The notes: a model not told the origin generated them from the letters alone. A stretch of 64,000 nucleotides of DNA from an uncultured Acidobacteriota bacterium (GCA_963777605.1 CAVZRV010000011.1:352001-416000); one strand, 5' to 3'; shown: positions 10,515 to 21,875, numbered from the stretch's first letter. A program made the numbers and translations.

Positions 10515-11408
10515 ATGATTCGAGTATCCAGAAGAAACTTCCTCAAGAGTTCAGTCGGCGCGGGACTGGTGGCCGGCAGTGCTACAGGAGCAATCAGTGC
10601 GTCGAGTAGCCGGAAGACAGCGACCGACTGGGTGGAACTGGGTCAGTCAGGAGTGCAGGTGACCCGCCTTGCATTTGGAACCGGTACATTTTCCGGCAAG
10701 ATTCAGCGTGAACTGGGCCAGGACGGTTTCACCCGGCTGGTTCGTCATGCCTACGACCGAGGAATCCGTTTCTTCGAATCTGCTGACGGCTACGACCAAA
10801 TGCACGAAATGCTCGCGGCGGCACTCAAGGGAATCCCCCGGGATTCCTATCGTCTGATGACCAAAATCCGCTGGCAGAGTGACGAACGGCCCCAGGACGC
10901 GATCGATCGATTCAGGCGTGAGCTCAACACGGAATACTTCGACATCCTCCTCATGCATTGCCTTCGTCGTTCGGGATGGTCCGAAGATCTCCAACCCCTC
11001 CGCGATGAACTCTCCAGGGCCAAGGAGAAGAAGATCATTCTCTCCCACGGAGCATCGTGCCACGGGCTTCAGCCCCTGCGCGAATTCCCGGGAAACCGCT
11101 GGCTCGATGTGGCCCTGCTTCGGGTCAATCACAATGGGACTATCATGGATTCGCTGCGGGGTGATGGGAGCGAGAAGGGAGACGTTGACGAAGTCGTCGG
11201 ACACGTCTCCGAGTTGCACAGCCAGGGTACCGGCGTCATCGGAATGAAGATCATGGGTGAGGGACGATTCCAGGGCCCGGCCGATCGTGACGCGTCGGTC
11301 AAGTTCGTTTTCGGCCTGGGGACCGTCAACGCAGTGACCATCGGGTACAAGTCGCCCGCCGAAATCGACGAGGCAATCGAGTTGATCAATCGCCATCTGA
11401 AGGCCTGA
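10515..11408 (+). CDS. Aldo/keto reductase family protein with twin-arginine signal
   Basis: SRRNFLK Tat motif. AKR motifs LGQSGVQVTRLAFGTG, GIRFFESADGY, LMTK, YFDILLMH and VIGMKIMGEG. Confidence 0.85.
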   Translation: MIRVSRRNFLKSSVGAGLVAGSATGAISASSSRKTATDWVELGQSGVQVTRLAFGTGTFSGKIQRELGQDGFTRLVRHAYDRGIRFFESADGYDQMHEMLAAALKGIPRDSYRLMTKIRWQSDERPQDAIDRFRRELNTEYFDILLMHCLRRSGWSEDLQPLRDELSRAKEKKIILSHGASCHGLQPLREFPGNRWLDVALLRVNHNGTIMDSLRGDGSEKGDVDEVVGHVSELHSQGTGVIGMKIMGEGRFQGPADRDASVKFVFGLGTVNAVTIGYKSPAEIDEAIELINRHLKA

Positions 11409-11440
11409 GCCAGCCCGGCAAAGTTCGCTCTTCAGTGTGG

Positions 11441-12109
11441 CTAGTTTTGACCGGGATCGTCAGGCCGCAGATGGGCGAACCGGGACACGAACTGCTTGTG
11501 AGCCAGCATCTGATCAAGGATTCCCACGAGTGCTTCGGCTCGAATCCGCACGTCATCGACCTCCAGGAGAACCTGCTTCTCACGGGGTGCGATTTCCAGC
11601 GATGAGCAGAGTGCGTTGACCAGGGTAACGAGGTCCGCCCGCAACAGGATTTCCAGTTCCGCCTGCGGAATGGTCTTCGCTCCAGCCAGCGCCCGGTAAC
11701 GACTGACTACGCGGGTGAGGAGCTTCCGGTCCTTCGGCAACTCGCTGTAGAGGTCATCAAGCAACTCAACCCGGGCTTTTCGATAGGGCTTTTCGGCAAG
11801 AAACTCCAGTATCCGAAACCGACTCAGCCCGTTGAGGACGATGTCGAAATCCCCGCTTTCCAGGCGCTGGAATTCGCTGATTCGGCCCAGGCCACCGACC
11901 AGGCAAACATCTCCCTCGACCGCGTTCACGCGCTCCCAACCGGAGCGCGCCAGGACCATGCCGATCCGCCCATTCCCCTCCATGACTTCCGAAACCATCT
12001 TCCGGTAGCGGGGTTCGAAGATGTGAAGCGGCAGGAGGGTCCGGGGAAAGAATACGACATCGGACAGTGGGAAGATCGGGATCTCGAGTTCGGTGCCCGC
12101 TTGATTCAT
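11441..12109 (-). CDS. Stand-alone Lon protease N-terminal (substrate-binding) domain protein
   Basis: IPIFPLSDVVFFPRTLLPLHIFEPRYRKMV and GLSRFRI. No ATPase or protease domain. Confidence 0.88.
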   Translation of the reverse strand: MNQAGTELEIPIFPLSDVVFFPRTLLPLHIFEPRYRKMVSEVMEGNGRIGMVLARSGWERVNAVEGDVCLVGGLGRISEFQRLESGDFDIVLNGLSRFRILEFLAEKPYRKARVELLDDLYSELPKDRKLLTRVVSRYRALAGAKTIPQAELEILLRADLVTLVNALCSSLEIAPREKQVLLEVDDVRIRAEALVGILDQMLAHKQFVSRFAHLRPDDPGQN

Positions 12110-12155
12110 CTTCAGAAAACCACTCCTTTTCAGGCCTCGCCCGATTCAGAGGCCT

Positions 12156-13520
12156 CTACACGAGCGGAAACAGCGTGGACAGAAGCCAGGTCCACAGGAA
12201 GCCCGTAACCGCAACCACCGTCAGGAGCACCGTCCAAGTCTTCAACGTTTCGGACTCGCTCATCCCCGACATCTTCCCGACGATCCAGAACCCACTGTCA
12301 TTCATCCACGAAGTAGTCGTCGCCCCAAATCCGATCACGGCCACCAGGTAGACGGGGTGGAATCCAAGGTTTCCCGCCGCAACGGCAGGAGCGATGATCC
12401 CGGCGGAGGTAATCATGGCCACCGTGGCCGATCCCTGCGCAATCCGGATCAGCGCCGCGCACGCAAAAGCCAGGAACAAGAGGGAAAATCCCCAGTTTCT
12501 GGCTGCTGCCGCGATCACTTCTCCGAGTCCGGACTGGGTGAGCACTTGCCCGAATGCCCCCCCGGCACAGGTGATGAACGCAATGCTCGTCCCTGAAACT
12601 ACCGCCGGTTCCAGTGATTCGGCTATCTTCCAGAGCGGTTGCCGGGTTGCCGAGGTCACCAGAAAGATCGAGAGGAGCGCGCCGACGAGAAAGGCGACGT
12701 CCTTGTCGCCCAGAATTTGAACCCAGTTCACCAGCTGTCCCTTTGGATCCAGGAAGACCGGCAGGATCGAACCTCCGGCGATCAGGAATACCGGCACCAG
12801 GACCGGAGCCAGCGACGCACCCAAGGAAGGTAGTTCGGTGATCGGACGATGGGCCAGCCGTTCCATCTCCTCCATCGAGACACCGTAGACTTCACGCGGC
12901 TCAATGATCAGTCTTCGATTGATGAAGTGGGCGTAACCAATCCCCCCAACCAGTGCCGGGACGATAGCCAGAACGGTTCCCATCAGAAAGGTGATCCCGA
13001 TCGGGACTCCCAGAGTCTCCGATACCAACAGCGGGCCCGGGGTCGGCGGCACCAGGGCATGGGTGATCGCCCCGCCGGCAGCAGCCGCGCAGATCATCAG
13101 CGCATAGTCTCGCTTGCGGCGCGCGTAGGCTGCCCTCACCAGGGGAGCCAGGAGGTAGAAGACCGTGTCGAAGAAGACCGGCATGGAGAGAACGAACCCG
13201 CTGAACAGAAACGAGAAGTGTTCCTTCCCCTCCCCGAAAAGACGGGTGAAGGCCCGAATAATCCGGTCGGCGGCGCCACTGTCGACAAGACACTTGCCCA
13301 CGACCGACGCCAGAACGAGGAGAATCCCGATCTTCCCCATGATCCCAGCGAAGCCGCTACTCACCGTGGAGACCGCGTCACCAGCCGGAATTTGGTCGGA
13401 CGCAAACGCACACAACAGGGAGGAAAAGAGAAGGACCAGAAAAGGGTGGAAGCGGAAGTAGATCAGCAGGACGATGATCGTCCCCACGCCCAGGATCAGA
13501 CACCAGACGGGACCTAGCAA
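12156..13520 (-). CDS. GntP family gluconate:H+ symporter-like permease
   Basis: Multi-pass hydrophobic protein with SGAADRI, PVFFD, HALVPPTPGP, RIAQGSATVAMIT and SWMNDSGFW. TTG start. Confidence 0.88.
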   Translation of the reverse strand: MLGPVWCLILGVGTIIVLLIYFRFHPFLVLLFSSLLCAFASDQIPAGDAVSTVSSGFAGIMGKIGILLVLASVVGKCLVDSGAADRIIRAFTRLFGEGKEHFSFLFSGFVLSMPVFFDTVFYLLAPLVRAAYARRKRDYALMICAAAAGGAITHALVPPTPGPLLVSETLGVPIGITFLMGTVLAIVPALVGGIGYAHFINRRLIIEPREVYGVSMEEMERLAHRPITELPSLGASLAPVLVPVFLIAGGSILPVFLDPKGQLVNWVQILGDKDVAFLVGALLSIFLVTSATRQPLWKIAESLEPAVVSGTSIAFITCAGGAFGQVLTQSGLGEVIAAAARNWGFSLLFLAFACAALIRIAQGSATVAMITSAGIIAPAVAAGNLGFHPVYLVAVIGFGATTTSWMNDSGFWIVGKMSGMSESETLKTWTVLLTVVAVTGFLWTWLLSTLFPLV

Positions 13521-13589
13521 CGGCTTGCCAACTCCTCTCCCCCACTGTCCGGTACTCCCGAACCGGACGTCACTTGGTTAGTGCCGACA

Positions 13590-13615
13590 GGCCGGGCCGA
13601 TTCTCCGGCCCGGCC
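13590..13615 (-). terminator. GC-rich hairpin just after acnA stop (possible terminator or stabiliser)
   Basis: GGCCGGGCCG-ATTCTC-CGGCCCGGCC, perfect 10-bp stem. No clear U-tract. Confidence 0.4.
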
Positions 13616-13635
13616 CACCCGAGATATTCAAGTCT

Positions 13636-16360
13636 CTAGTTCTTGAGTAGAGATCGCAATACGTAGTGCAAAATTCCCCCGTTGCGGTAATAGTGGACTT
13701 CGTTCGGAGTGTCAACCCTGGCGATGGCGGTGAACTCCTTGCTTTCACCATTCGGGGAGACGGCACGGACCTGCAGGCGGGAACCGGGCTTCAGCCCATC
13801 CGTGAGGCCGGCCAAATCGAAGGTCTCCTCTCCGGTCAAGCCAAGGCTTTCGGCGCTTTCGCCGGCCTCGAACTGGAGCGGCAGAACTCCCATTCCAATC
13901 AGGTTGCTGCGGTGAATCCGCTCATAGCTTTCGGCCAGCACAGCCTGGACACCTAGCAACCGGGTGCCCTTGGCAGCCCAGTCACGTGAAGATCCCGAAC
14001 CGTACTCTTTTCCAGCCAGGATCAGCAGAGGAGTTCCCTCCTCCTCGTACTTGACGGCCGCATCGTAGATCGAAAGAGGCTCAGCGGACGAAGGGTGCTT
14101 CGAGTAGCCACCCTCCACGCCGGGAACGAGCTTGTTCCGAAGCCGAATGTTGGCAAAGGTGCCGCGCATCATCACCTCATGATTTCCCCGCCGGGAACCG
14201 TAGGAATTGAAGTCGCGGGGCTCCACCCCGTTCTCCACCAGATAGCGTCCGGCCGGGCTGTCCACCGCGATCGAGCCGGCGGGTGAGATGTGGTCGGTCG
14301 TCACCGAGTCCCCGAGATAGGCTAGTACGCGCATGCCGTTGATTGGCTGCAAGCTGTCCGGCTGCGGCGACATGTCGTCGAAGAAGGTCGGTCGCCGGAT
14401 GTAGGTCGAAGCGGGCTCCCAGCCATATCGGTCACCTTCGGGCACCGGCAACGCCCGCCACTGTTCGTCACCTGAGAAGACGTCAGCGTACTTCTCGGCG
14501 AACATCTCCCGCTTGACCGAGGATTGCACAGTCGAGCGGATCTCCTCCAGGCTCGGCCAGAGGTCCTTCAGAAAGACGTCGCCTCCCGACGGATCCTGCC
14601 CGATCGGTTCGTTGTAGAGATCGATGTCCATTCGCCCCGCCAGCGCATAGGCAACGACGAGGGGCGGTGACGCCAGGTAGTTGGCGCGCACGTCGGGGTT
14701 GATTCTGCCTTCGAAGTTCCGGTTCCCGGATAGCACCGAGCAGGCCACCAGGTTGTTCTCCTTGATCGCCTTCGAGATCTCAGTCGGAAGGGGCCCGCTG
14801 TTCCCGATACAGGTCGTACAGCCGTACCCAACCAGGTTGAATCCCAGTTCATCGAGATACCGATCCAGCCCCGACTCGGACAGGTATCGAGTGACTACCT
14901 GGGATCCCGGGGCCAGGCTGGTCTTCACCCACGGCTTCCGGCGCAAGCCTCGTTTGACTGCATTGCGGGCGAGTAGTCCCGCGGAAAGCAACACGGTGGG
15001 GTTGGATGTGTTGGTACAGCTGGTGATCGCCGCGATGACGACGGCGCCGTCGAAGAGAGTGAACTTCTCGGTCTCGCCGGACTCCTCGTCGCTCAAGGTG
15101 ACTTCCGGTCGAGGCAGAGCCTTCGGGTCCCGTTTCAATGTTTCCAGCATGCTGCCCGAGGGTGGACTCGAACGACGGTCGGGATTCCTTGAGCAGGATG
15201 CGATCCTGGGGACGCTTGGGACCCGCGATGCAGGGTTCGACGTCCGCAAGGTCGAGTTCAAGCGTGTCGGTGAAGATGGGCTCCGGGCTGTCCGCAGTAT
15301 GAAAGAGGGCCTGGGCCTGGGCATAGGCCTCGACCAATTCCACGGTCTCTTCCTTCCGAGCCGTGAAACGGAGGTAGTCCAGGGTTTCCTGGTCGATGGG
15401 GAAAATGGCACAGGTTGCTCCGTACTCGGGAGACATGTTTCCGAGCGTTGCCCGGTCGGCCAGGGTAAGGTTGGAAATTCCGGGACCGAAAAACTCGACG
15501 AACTTGCCTACAACGCCTTTCTTCCTCAGCATCTCGGTGATCGTCAGGACCAGGTCGGTCGCCGTTGCACCCTCGGGCAGTGTGCCGTTGAGCTTGAACC
15601 CGACAACATCGGGAATCAGGAGGCTGATCGGCTGGCCCAACATGGCCGCTTCCGCTTCGATTCCTCCGACTCCCCAGCCGAGAACGCCGAGTCCGTTAAT
15701 CATGGTCGTGTGGCTGTCGGTCCCCACCAGGGTATCGGGATAGGCCACCGCGACGCCGTCGTGCTCCCTGGTGTAGACAACGCTGGCCAGGTACTCCAGG
15801 TTAACCTGGTGGACGATTCCCGTTGCGGGCGGGACCACGCGGAAATTGTCGAACGCCGACTGCCCCCAGCGGAGAAACTCGTACCGCTCGCGATTCCGCT
15901 CGAATTCCCTCCCCACATTGAAGAGGAAGGACGATCTCCGGCCGAATGAATCAACCTGCACCGAGTGATCGATGACCAGGTCAGCCTGGACCAGGGGATT
16001 AATCTTTGACGGGGCGCCGCCCAGTTCGGACATCGCGTCCCGCATGACCGCGAGGTCAACAATGGCGGGCACTCCGGTGAAGTCCTGAAGGACTACCCGG
16101 GCAGGACTGAAGGCAATTTCCTGGTCCGACTTCTTGGAAGGATCCCAGTTCGCCAGTGCAACGATGTCCTCTTTCGACACTGCGCTGCCGTCCTCATTCC
16201 GAAGGAGATTCTCCAGGAGAACCTTGAGCGAGAAGGGCAATCGATTCACCCCGGGATACCCCTTCTCGGCCAACTTGCCCAGATTGTAGTAGACATAATC
16301 CCGTCCGCCGACGGTCAAGCTGCTGCGGACACCAAAACTGTCCACGCTGTCGTGTGCCAT
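13636..16360 (-). CDS. acnA: Aconitate hydratase AcnA (~907 aa), apparent +1 frameshift at ~15155-15157
   Basis: N-half has [24 protein letters not shown] and GTDSHT. C-half has [19 protein letters not shown] and [12 protein letters not shown]. Removing one G in CTCGGGCAGC gives continuous ...[13 protein letters not shown]... Confidence 0.93.
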
Positions 16361-16431
16361 CGTTCCTGCTCCGATCCTTGTATTAGTTGCTGTCAACGTC
16401 CGGACTCTGCGCCGGACCGGTTTCAATCTTC

Positions 16432-17838
16432 CTACTTGCGGAATATGTGGGTGGCGTGCCCGAGAAAGACCTCGGCGGCCTCTCCCACCGTTTCCGAGAG
16501 GGTGGGATGAGTGTGGATAGTCAGGGCGAGATCTTCCGCCACCGCTGCCATTTCGATAGCCAGTGTCCCCTCGGCGATCAACTCGCCGGCATTGGGCCCA
16601 ACGATCCCAACGCCAAGGATTCGGCCCGATTTCGGTTCCAATATCATCTTTGTCAGACCTTCGGTTCGCCCGAGAGTGAGGGCCCGGCCCGATGCCGCCC
16701 ACGGGAACCGGACGACTTTCACGTCGAGTTCCTTCTCTTTGGCCTCAGTTTCCGTCAGACCCGCCCAGGCCACCTCGGGATTGGTGAAAACAACGGCCGG
16801 AATCGCCCGGTTGTCGAAGATCGACTTCTGCCCTGCGAGGACTTCGGCAGCCACCTTTCCCTCTCGCATCCCCTTGTGGGCCAACATCGGCTGACCGGCG
16901 ACATCCCCGATTGCGAAGATGTGCTCCTCCGCCGTCCGGCACTGTCGATCGATCTCGATAAAGCCGCCCTTCCCGACTTTGACACCGGTGTTTTCGAGAC
17001 CGATATTCTCGGAATTCGGCTTGCGCCCAACCGATACGAGGACCCGATCGAAAACCTGGGTTCCTTCGTATGCCCCGGCGAAGTCAACCGAAAGCCCTTT
17101 CTTGCTCTCCTTGATGCCGGTGACCCGGGTTTTCAGGTGAATCGCCTCGAAAAGTCCCGCGACTCGCTTCGCGAGCGGGCGGACCAGGTCGCGATCGGCG
17201 CCGGGCAGGAGACCGTCGAGCAACTCCACCACCGTCACCTTGGAACCCAGGGTCGCGTAAACGGTGCCGAGCTCCAGCCCGATGTACCCGCCTCCTACGA
17301 CCAACAATGACTTGGGAATCTCGGCCAGTGCGAGCGCACCGGTCGAATCCATCAGGCGCTCGCTCTCCAATTCGATGCCCGGCACCCCGCTCGGTCTCGA
17401 TCCGGTCGCGATGATGGCTCGCTTGAAACCGACCGACTCGACGTCACCCCCCTCGATCTTGAGGCTGTGCGAGTCGACGAACGAGGCCCTTCCCTGGATA
17501 AAAGTCACCCCTCGGGCCTTGGCGAGTTGAGCCAGTCCCCCGGTCAGTTGGGCGACCACCTTGTCTTTCCAGCTTCTCAGCTTGTCGAGATCGATTTTCG
17601 GCTGGCTGAACGAAATGCCGAATTCGCCAACTGCCTCGGCTTCATCAATGACCTGGGCTGCGTGCAGGAGTGCCTTGGAGGGAATACACCCAATGTTCAG
17701 GCAGACTCCGCCCGGTTTGTCACGGGTGTCGATCATGGTGACCTCCAGGCCGAGGTCGGCAGCGTGAAAAGCCGCCGCGTAACCCCCGGGGCCCCCGCCA
17801 ATCACCACAACATCAGTCTTATGTCTGGAACCAGCCAT
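16432..17838 (-). CDS. lpdA: Dihydrolipoyl dehydrogenase
   Basis: [22 protein letters not shown] redox pair, GGGYIGLE and [18 protein letters not shown] before ATG 17838. Confidence 0.95.
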   Translation of the reverse strand: MAGSRHKTDVVVIGGGPGGYAAAFHAADLGLEVTMIDTRDKPGGVCLNIGCIPSKALLHAAQVIDEAEAVGEFGISFSQPKIDLDKLRSWKDKVVAQLTGGLAQLAKARGVTFIQGRASFVDSHSLKIEGGDVESVGFKRAIIATGSRPSGVPGIELESERLMDSTGALALAEIPKSLLVVGGGYIGLELGTVYATLGSKVTVVELLDGLLPGADRDLVRPLAKRVAGLFEAIHLKTRVTGIKESKKGLSVDFAGAYEGTQVFDRVLVSVGRKPNSENIGLENTGVKVGKGGFIEIDRQCRTAEEHIFAIGDVAGQPMLAHKGMREGKVAAEVLAGQKSIFDNRAIPAVVFTNPEVAWAGLTETEAKEKELDVKVVRFPWAASGRALTLGRTEGLTKMILEPKSGRILGVGIVGPNAGELIAEGTLAIEMAAVAEDLALTIHTHPTLSETVGEAAEVFLGHATHIFRK

Positions 17839-18273
17839 GCTCAAAATCTCCCTCTTTACACAACTCGGGTTGGTGAGCGAATGCACGCGGAACCACAAGT
17901 GTATTACATCAACGGAATCGTTGCCACGACCCGGACGGACTTGGGGTCCAGGGGTTTCGAGGTTCGGATAACAGGCCGGGACGGAGGCATCGAAACGCGA
18001 ATCGAGAAGCATGAATCGGGAAGCATCAGGGATAGATCGGAACTGGCGATCTCAAGACGCCGGATCAGTCTCGTGGAATTCGTTCGGATTTCCACGGAGT
18101 GCAACGAACCAGGTTCTCACTTTGGCTACAGAACCGCCGGGTGGGCACTGGTTTGCGCTGCAGCCGAAAAGCAGGCTTCGGGCCTGGTGTTTTCGTAAAG
18201 GATCTTGAATCCAGTCTATCCTCAAAAGCCGTTCTCGAACCGTCACGGGCCTGTGGTCTAATGAAGTGCAATC

Positions 18274-19068
18274 ATGCAGCCTTACCTTGAACTTCTTGAG
18301 ACGGTTTTGTCCAAAGGCTCCCGTAAGGCTGACCGGACCGGGACTGGAACCTTGAGCGTCTTCGGGGAGCAGACCCGTTACGATCTCGCCGACGGGTTTC
18401 CGCTTCTGACTACCAAGAAGCTGCACACGCGCTCGATCATTTACGAGCTTCTCTGGTTTCTCGCCGGACAGACCAATATCTGCTACCTCAACGAGAACGG
18501 GGTTTCCATATGGGACGAATGGGCCGATGACGAGGGGGAATTGGGCCCGATCTACGGCCGCCAGTGGAGAGCCTGGCCCGGGCCCGAAGGGCGAACCTAC
18601 GATCAGATTAGTGACGTCATCGAAGAGATCCGTCGGAACCCGGATTCCCGTCGGCTGATCGTTTCGGCCTGGAATGTGGCCGAGGTGCCAAGAATGGCCC
18701 TGGCTCCCTGCCACACGCTTTTTCAGTTCTATGTGGCCGATGGAAGACTCTCGTGCCAACTTTACCAGCGCAGCGCGGACCTCTTCCTGGGAGTCCCTTT
18801 CAACATTGCCTCCTATGCCCTGCTGACGCTCATGGTGGCCCAGGTCTGCCGACTTCAGCCGGGGACCTTCGTCCACACTTTTGGCGACGTCCACCTGTAC
18901 CTGAATCATCTCGAGCAGGCCCGGCTTCAACTGACCCGTCAACCCCGGCCACTCCCCCGCATGGTACTCAACCCGGGGGTCCGGTCCATTTTCGATTTCA
19001 GGTACGAAGATTTCACCCTCGAGGGGTACGACCCGCACCCTCACATCAAGGCACCCATCGCCGTATGA
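18274..19068 (+). CDS. thyA: Thymidylate synthase
   Basis: [22 protein letters not shown] and [18 protein letters not shown]. Ends in IAV. Confidence 0.97.
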   Translation: MQPYLELLETVLSKGSRKADRTGTGTLSVFGEQTRYDLADGFPLLTTKKLHTRSIIYELLWFLAGQTNICYLNENGVSIWDEWADDEGELGPIYGRQWRAWPGPEGRTYDQISDVIEEIRRNPDSRRLIVSAWNVAEVPRMALAPCHTLFQFYVADGRLSCQLYQRSADLFLGVPFNIASYALLTLMVAQVCRLQPGTFVHTFGDVHLYLNHLEQARLQLTRQPRPLPRMVLNPGVRSIFDFRYEDFTLEGYDPHPHIKAPIAV

Positions 19069-19583
19069 CGATTTCGATGATCGCCGCCATGGGACAAAAC
19101 AGAGTGATCGGCCGGGACGGCAACCTCCCCTGGCACCTTCCGGAAGATTTCAAATTCTTCAAGAGGAAAACCCAGGGACATCCGGTCATTATGGGGAGAA
19201 AGACCTTCGACAGCATGGGCAAGCCCCTGCCCGGAAGACACAACATCGTCATTACCCGCAACCGGAATCTAAAGATAACGGGAGCGGACGTTGTTGACTC
19301 CCTGGAAGAAGCATTGAAGCTGGTGGAGCCTTCGGCGGGGGAGACTTTCATCATCGGGGGATCGGAAATCTACCGGCAAGGATTGACCGTAGCGGATCGG
19401 ATATACCTGACCCTGGTTCACGAGAAATTCGATGGCGACGCCTTTTTTCCCGAGTTCGACGAAAGCAACTGGAAGGTCGTTCACCGCGAAGAACACGAGG
19501 CGGATGACCGAAACCCTCATCCATTCACTTTTGTTACCTACGAGCGGCGGCATCCGCTGGACGGCCAGGGCGGATCGAACTGA
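19065..19583 (+). CDS. folA: Dihydrofolate reductase
   Basis: ATGA overlap with thy[34 protein letters not shown] and GDAFFP. Confidence 0.95.
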   Translation: MTISMIAAMGQNRVIGRDGNLPWHLPEDFKFFKRKTQGHPVIMGRKTFDSMGKPLPGRHNIVITRNRNLKITGADVVDSLEEALKLVEPSAGETFIIGGSEIYRQGLTVADRIYLTLVHEKFDGDAFFPEFDESNWKVVHREEHEADDRNPHPFTFVTYERRHPLDGQGGSN

Positions 19584-19685
19584 GCTCGGAAAGAGCCAGA
19601 TTGGGCAAATGAGTCGGCGCTCTGTTGACTGCCCTGGAAAGTCGGCGAGACGAGAAGGCCAGGAGTGTTGGAGTCACGACGGACG

Positions 19686-20138
19686 ATGAAAGTATCTGAA
19701 TTACCCCTCCCGCTGCAGCAGATTCTCGACCCCGACAGCGAGCATGACCTGGCGGTGATTGTGAGCACGATCGACGAAACAGGCTATCCGCATTTTTCGC
19801 TCTTGAGCACGTTCGAGGTCTTCCGGGTCGGCGAGAGTCTTTACGGCAGCCTTTACGGAAACAGCCGCGCCGCCACGAATCTCTCGAGAAGAGAACAGGG
19901 GGCCCTCGCGTTTCTGCAGCCATCCGGGATCTGCTACCTGAAGTTCCTGGCCTCCCCTGTTCTCGACCGGGAACGAAGCCGTACCTTTCGTCTCGACCTC
20001 GTCTCGTTCAAGATCGATCACCCGGCTGATGAAGAAAGCGGGGCAGGGTTGGTGTCCGCGCTCCAATTCAGGGAGACTCCCTCCTCGCGAGAGCGTCGCC
20101 GGGCCCGCCGCGAGGCCTGTCTCGCAAGCCTGCGTTGA
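19686..20138 (+). CDS. Pyridoxamine 5'-phosphate oxidase-like FMN-binding split-barrel protein
   Basis: VSTIDETGYPHFSLLS and NSRAATNL pattern, 150 aa. Confidence 0.55.
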   Translation: MKVSELPLPLQQILDPDSEHDLAVIVSTIDETGYPHFSLLSTFEVFRVGESLYGSLYGNSRAATNLSRREQGALAFLQPSGICYLKFLASPVLDRERSRTFRLDLVSFKIDHPADEESGAGLVSALQFRETPSSRERRRARREACLASLR

Positions 20139-20150
20139 GCTGCCATTTAA

Positions 20151-20179
20151 GCGAACCTTTCCCGGTCCGGCTGCGTTAA
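20151..20179 (+). promoter_or_regulatory. ECF-sigma promoter, probably autoregulatory and leaderless
   Basis: GCGAACCTTT-N11-TGCGTTAA (GAAC-N17-CGTT). ATG of the sigma gene follows 5 nt after the -10 element. A copy with identical elements and spacing lies at 21759-21787. Confidence 0.75.
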
Positions 20180-20184
20180 GGTCG

Positions 20185-20772
20185 ATGAAACGAGCGCAAT
20201 CGCCCATGGAACTGCAGGAACTTCTCAGACGATGCCGTAGTGGAGACAGCCTGGCATGGGAGAATCTCGTTCGCCAGTACCAGGGACGCGTGTTCGGTCT
20301 CTCCGTTCATTACGTGATCAACCCGGACGACGCGCGCGACATTGCCCAGGAGGTGTTCGTCAAGATCTACCGGAACCTCAAACGGTGTCCCAATGCAGAG
20401 CATTTTGTCCCCTGGCTTCTCACCGTGACTCGCAATGCCGCCCTCGACCACCTGCGACGGCGCAAGGCGAGGCCCGAGACCACCGACCTGGCCGACTATC
20501 GATCTCTCAGTGCCGACGCAGTCGACCCGGAGCAGCGATTGGTCATGAAATCGAAACGCGGAATCTTCTACCGGGCCCTGGCCAGGCTCTCCCAACTCAG
20601 TCGGGAGATGATCCTCCTCAAGGAAATTCAGGGCCTGAGCCTGGAGGAGGTTTCGGCGATGCTCAACGTCCCGCTTGGGACAGTGAAGTCACGTTCCCAC
20701 CGGGCACGGCTCGAACTGGCCGAAAGTTACCTCTCCGTCAGCAAAGCATCCCCAACAGGAGAAGGCAGATGA
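20185..20772 (+). CDS. ECF RNA polymerase sigma-70 factor
   Basis: AWENLVRQY, DARDIAQEVF, WLLTVTRN and GLSLEEVSAMLNVPLGTVKSRSHRAR (regions 2 and 4). Alternative start at 20206. Confidence 0.93.
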   Translation: MKRAQSPMELQELLRRCRSGDSLAWENLVRQYQGRVFGLSVHYVINPDDARDIAQEVFVKIYRNLKRCPNAEHFVPWLLTVTRNAALDHLRRRKARPETTDLADYRSLSADAVDPEQRLVMKSKRGIFYRALARLSQLSREMILLKEIQGLSLEEVSAMLNVPLGTVKSRSHRARLELAESYLSVSKASPTGEGR

Positions 20773-21636
20773 CGATCGACCGAACGGCGCTTTGCGCGGA
20801 ATTCGAGGAACGGCTCGCCGAGTTCGCGGCCGGACGGCTTTCCGATGATGTCCGGACGAGACTCGAAAGTCACGTGACCGAATGTCCGCGATGTACCGCG
20901 CTCCGCTCGATCGTGTTCGACTCGAGCGCGGCTCCGGGGGACGCGTCGCTCGTCGACGAAGTCCTTCGTCGAACTTCGGGTCCTTCCTGCGGAGAACTGG
21001 ACGAGCGTCTTTACGGATACCTCAGGGGAACCCTCGAGCCGGACGAACACCAACTGGTCGCAGGCCACGTGGCGAACTGCCGGGACTGCTCCGCAATCGC
21101 CGAGGTACTCGGAGAAGTATCCGGCCTCCTTCCCCGAAGGGCCGAGCTTGACCCGGGCCCGGATTTCGTCGATCAGGTACTCAGAGGCTACCTCGATGGC
21201 ATCAGGCCAGGAAAGCATTCTCGATCGTGTGACAGAGCAACTGACCCATGCCTTCCGCAGTCCCCGCTTTTCCTGGGAAGCGGCCTACTTCGGCAGTCTC
21301 GTCCTCTTCGGAATGTTTGCCCTGGCGGGTCGATTCCTCGACCGTCCCCCTGAAAACTTCATCCCGGCGCGGTCCGCCGTCTCCGCATCGGTAGAAAGTC
21401 GACTGGATCCTCTCATCCAGGCGGGAGGTGCCGGAATGGATGAAGCAGAACGGCTCGTCGTTTCTTCTGCCCGATCCGCTGCGGAGACCGGCAAGGCTTT
21501 GTGGTCTGCCGCCGAGGTTCGGGGCCGTCAGTTCGCCGGCGATGCTTCTCGGTATTTGTCTGCGCTCCAACGACAACTGGGAGAATCGGCTGCGGATTTC
21601 GCCACCTGGATCGAGGCCTTATGGGCCCAAGAGTAG
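20769..21636 (+). CDS. Membrane-anchored anti-sigma factor with two tandem zf-HC2 (ZAS) fingers, apparent +1 frameshift at ~21186
   Basis: ATGA-coupled to the sigma gene. HVTECPRC and HVANCRDC motifs. Removing one base joins ...DQVLR to ATSMASG...EAAYFGSLVLFGMF (TM helix). Confidence 0.8.
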
Positions 21637-21758
21637 GATGAGCTTCCAGTTCGTCTCGTGACCGAAGCCTCCGGTCGGCGCATACGTTAAACCCCGATCC
21701 GAGACCATGCAACTCCCCGCCCGGCGGCAGACACCCTCGGGGACGGTCGTCCTACACT

Positions 21759-21787
21759 GCGAACCTTTTCGAAGGCCGGTGCGTTAA
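21759..21787 (+). promoter_or_regulatory. ECF-sigma promoter upstream of membrane protein gene
   Basis: GCGAACCTTT-N11-TGCGTTAA, same -35/-10 and spacing as 20151-20179. A degenerate copy GAAG-N17-CGTTAA lies at 21664-21690. Confidence 0.75.
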
Positions 21788-21875
21788 TCCGTTGAACGTT
21801 CTCAAACACCGACTTGCCGGTCGAGTTCAGGTCAGGTCGGCATCGAGAGAGCTCAAACCAGGAGGATTCAGGAAC

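Noticed and set aside
15150-15160. Programmed ribosomal frameshift in acnA (and at the other five breaks)
   Set aside because: No slippery heptamer or stimulatory structure, mixed directions of shift, and unrelated genes. Sequencing error is more parsimonious.
18052-19044. 330-aa antisense ORF over thyA (similarly 1418..2743, 5038..6120, 14681..15949, 32139..33197, 42703..43890, 54137..55207 and 57448..58896)
   Set aside because: Shadow ORFs opposite well-supported genes, expected in high-GC DNA. No recognisable motifs.
19065-19583. Acquired trimethoprim-resistance dfrA
   Set aside because: Coupled to thyA in a standard chromosomal arrangement. No integron or IS features.
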